Virus record (IMG/VR): IMGVR_UViG_2937808278_000002
Location: 2,622-66,621 of that record
From: a virus
Taxonomy: Duplodnaviria > Caudoviricetes
Length of the DNA stretch: 64,000 nt
Direction: 5' to 3' (one strand)
Below, piece by piece: positions 63,512 through 64,000 of the stretch. The position numbers and the translations under genes were made by a program. Under the pieces are notes generated by a model that had not been told where the DNA came from, did no database searches, and was given only the letters and a program-made list of their open reading frames with translations. How positions within the stretch are numbered: position 1 is the first letter of the stretch; every line of letters starts with the position of its first letter.

Positions 63512-63605
63512 GTGTCCATAAACAGTCCATCCAGCCGCCCCATATTGAGTGACAAAGCGCAATATTGAACATTTTTGGTCTTTATAAATCAGTAAGTTAT
63601 TGATT
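63512..63605. promoter_or_regulatory. Right att arm of prophage 2: arm sites and IHF site
   Basis: GTGTCCAT (63512), AGTCCAT (63524); minus-strand AATCAATAACTTA (63593-63605), 32 nt before the core as in prophage 1. Confidence 0.7.
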
Positions 63606-63624
63606 CGTAAGACCGCTTTGCGGA

Positions 63625-63678
63625 TTCAAAATCCGCCGTAGCAATACGTGTCGGTTCGAGTCCGACCCCGGGCACCAT
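63625..63678 (+). repeat. att core: 3' part of tRNA-Leu(CAA), second copy
   Basis: Identical 54 bp to 30190-30243; preceded by GCGGA completing the anticodon stem, but no D-arm or acceptor 5' strand. Confidence 0.93.
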
Positions 63679-63790
63679 TATTTTCCCCTGTTTGGTCAAC
63701 AGGTTATAGCGCTCAAGAGCGCTCCTGCTCAAAGTTTCTGCGGTTGATAACACTCATTCATGTGCAAATCTGTGCAAGAGGTTTCAACCA

Positions 63791-64000
63791 ATGGCAAGTA
63801 TCCAAGTTCTCACTCGAAAAACCGGCAAGTCCTATCGCGTTCAGTTCATGCGTAACGGCAACCGTGTATCCAAAGTTTTTACCCGCAAAAAAGACGCAGA
63901 GCAGTTCCTGGCTCAGATCACCGTATCTGACGAGCTGGCAGATGCCTTAACCAACGTCACCCTCACTAGCACCACCATTCAACAAGCTATTCATGAGTGA
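63791..64000 (+). CDS. Tyrosine integrase, N-terminal arm-binding part (truncated by the window)
   Basis: MASIQVLTRKTGKSYRVQF...SKVFTRKKDAEQF, typical integrase N-terminal beta-sheet; catalytic domain not visible. Confidence 0.7.
   Translation: MASIQVLTRKTGKSYRVQFMRNGNRVSKVFTRKKDAEQFLAQITVSDELADALTNVTLTSTTIQQAIHE

Larger units (their letters stand above)
30190..63678. mobile_element. Prophage 2, HP1/K139/phiO18P-like, apparently complete (33,435 bp att to att)
   Basis: Flanked by 54-bp direct repeats; full tail, lysis, head, replication, immunity and int modules. Confidence 0.96.
63625..64000. mobile_element. Left end of a third integrated element
   Basis: The integrase starts 113 nt after the att; TGTGCAA tandem repeat at 63761/63771. 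Confidence 0.7.

Noticed and set aside
63590-63678. Intact tRNA-Leu gene
   Set aside because: Only the anticodon arm to CCA is present. The upstream sequence cannot form the D-arm or pair with CCCGGGC of the acceptor stem. The 30190 copy is shorter still.
63688-63702. Possible LexA box before the third integrase
   Set aside because: CTGT-N7-ACAG has the wrong spacing (N8 is needed); more likely a small hairpin.
1-64000. CRISPR array, IS elements, DGR/reverse transcriptase, tail-fibre invertase, rRNA
   Set aside because: I saw no regularly spaced repeats, transposase, RT motifs, serine invertase with inverted fibre cassettes, or rRNA-like sequence. The long repeats are explained by the two related prophages.

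Overview
GC-rich gammaproteobacterial DNA, probably Aeromonas (inferred from codon style and resemblance to phiO18P/K139/HP1-type phages). The whole window is a tandem array of integrated elements separated by two identical 54-bp copies of the 3' part of tRNA-Leu(CAA), at 30190-30243 and 63625-63678. No intact tRNA gene is in the window. Prophage 1 (<1-30243) is a P2/186-type myovirus with tail, baseplate, lysis, head, cos, replication, a lambdoid-style cro/cI switch plus cox, cargo genes and int. Prophage 2 (30190-63678, 33,435 bp att to att) has HP1/K139-type virion genes and a tailspike-like fibre, and an early/replication module closely related to that of prophage 1. A third element begins with another tyrosine integrase at 63791. 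The top candidate for a new system is a LexA-boxed cassette between int and att of prophage 2: a GNAT-like gene, a structured 260-nt spacer and a 59-aa ORF missing from the ORF track. Other highlights: a WYL-like/BRCT gene translationally coupled to int of prophage 1; an orphan copy of the cI C-terminus; SOS boxes at both portal ends; three different integrase arm-site motifs around one shared att core; and identical rolling-circle origins 34,865 bp apart that could release a chimeric phage. Family assignments come from motif recognition and memory, not database searches.
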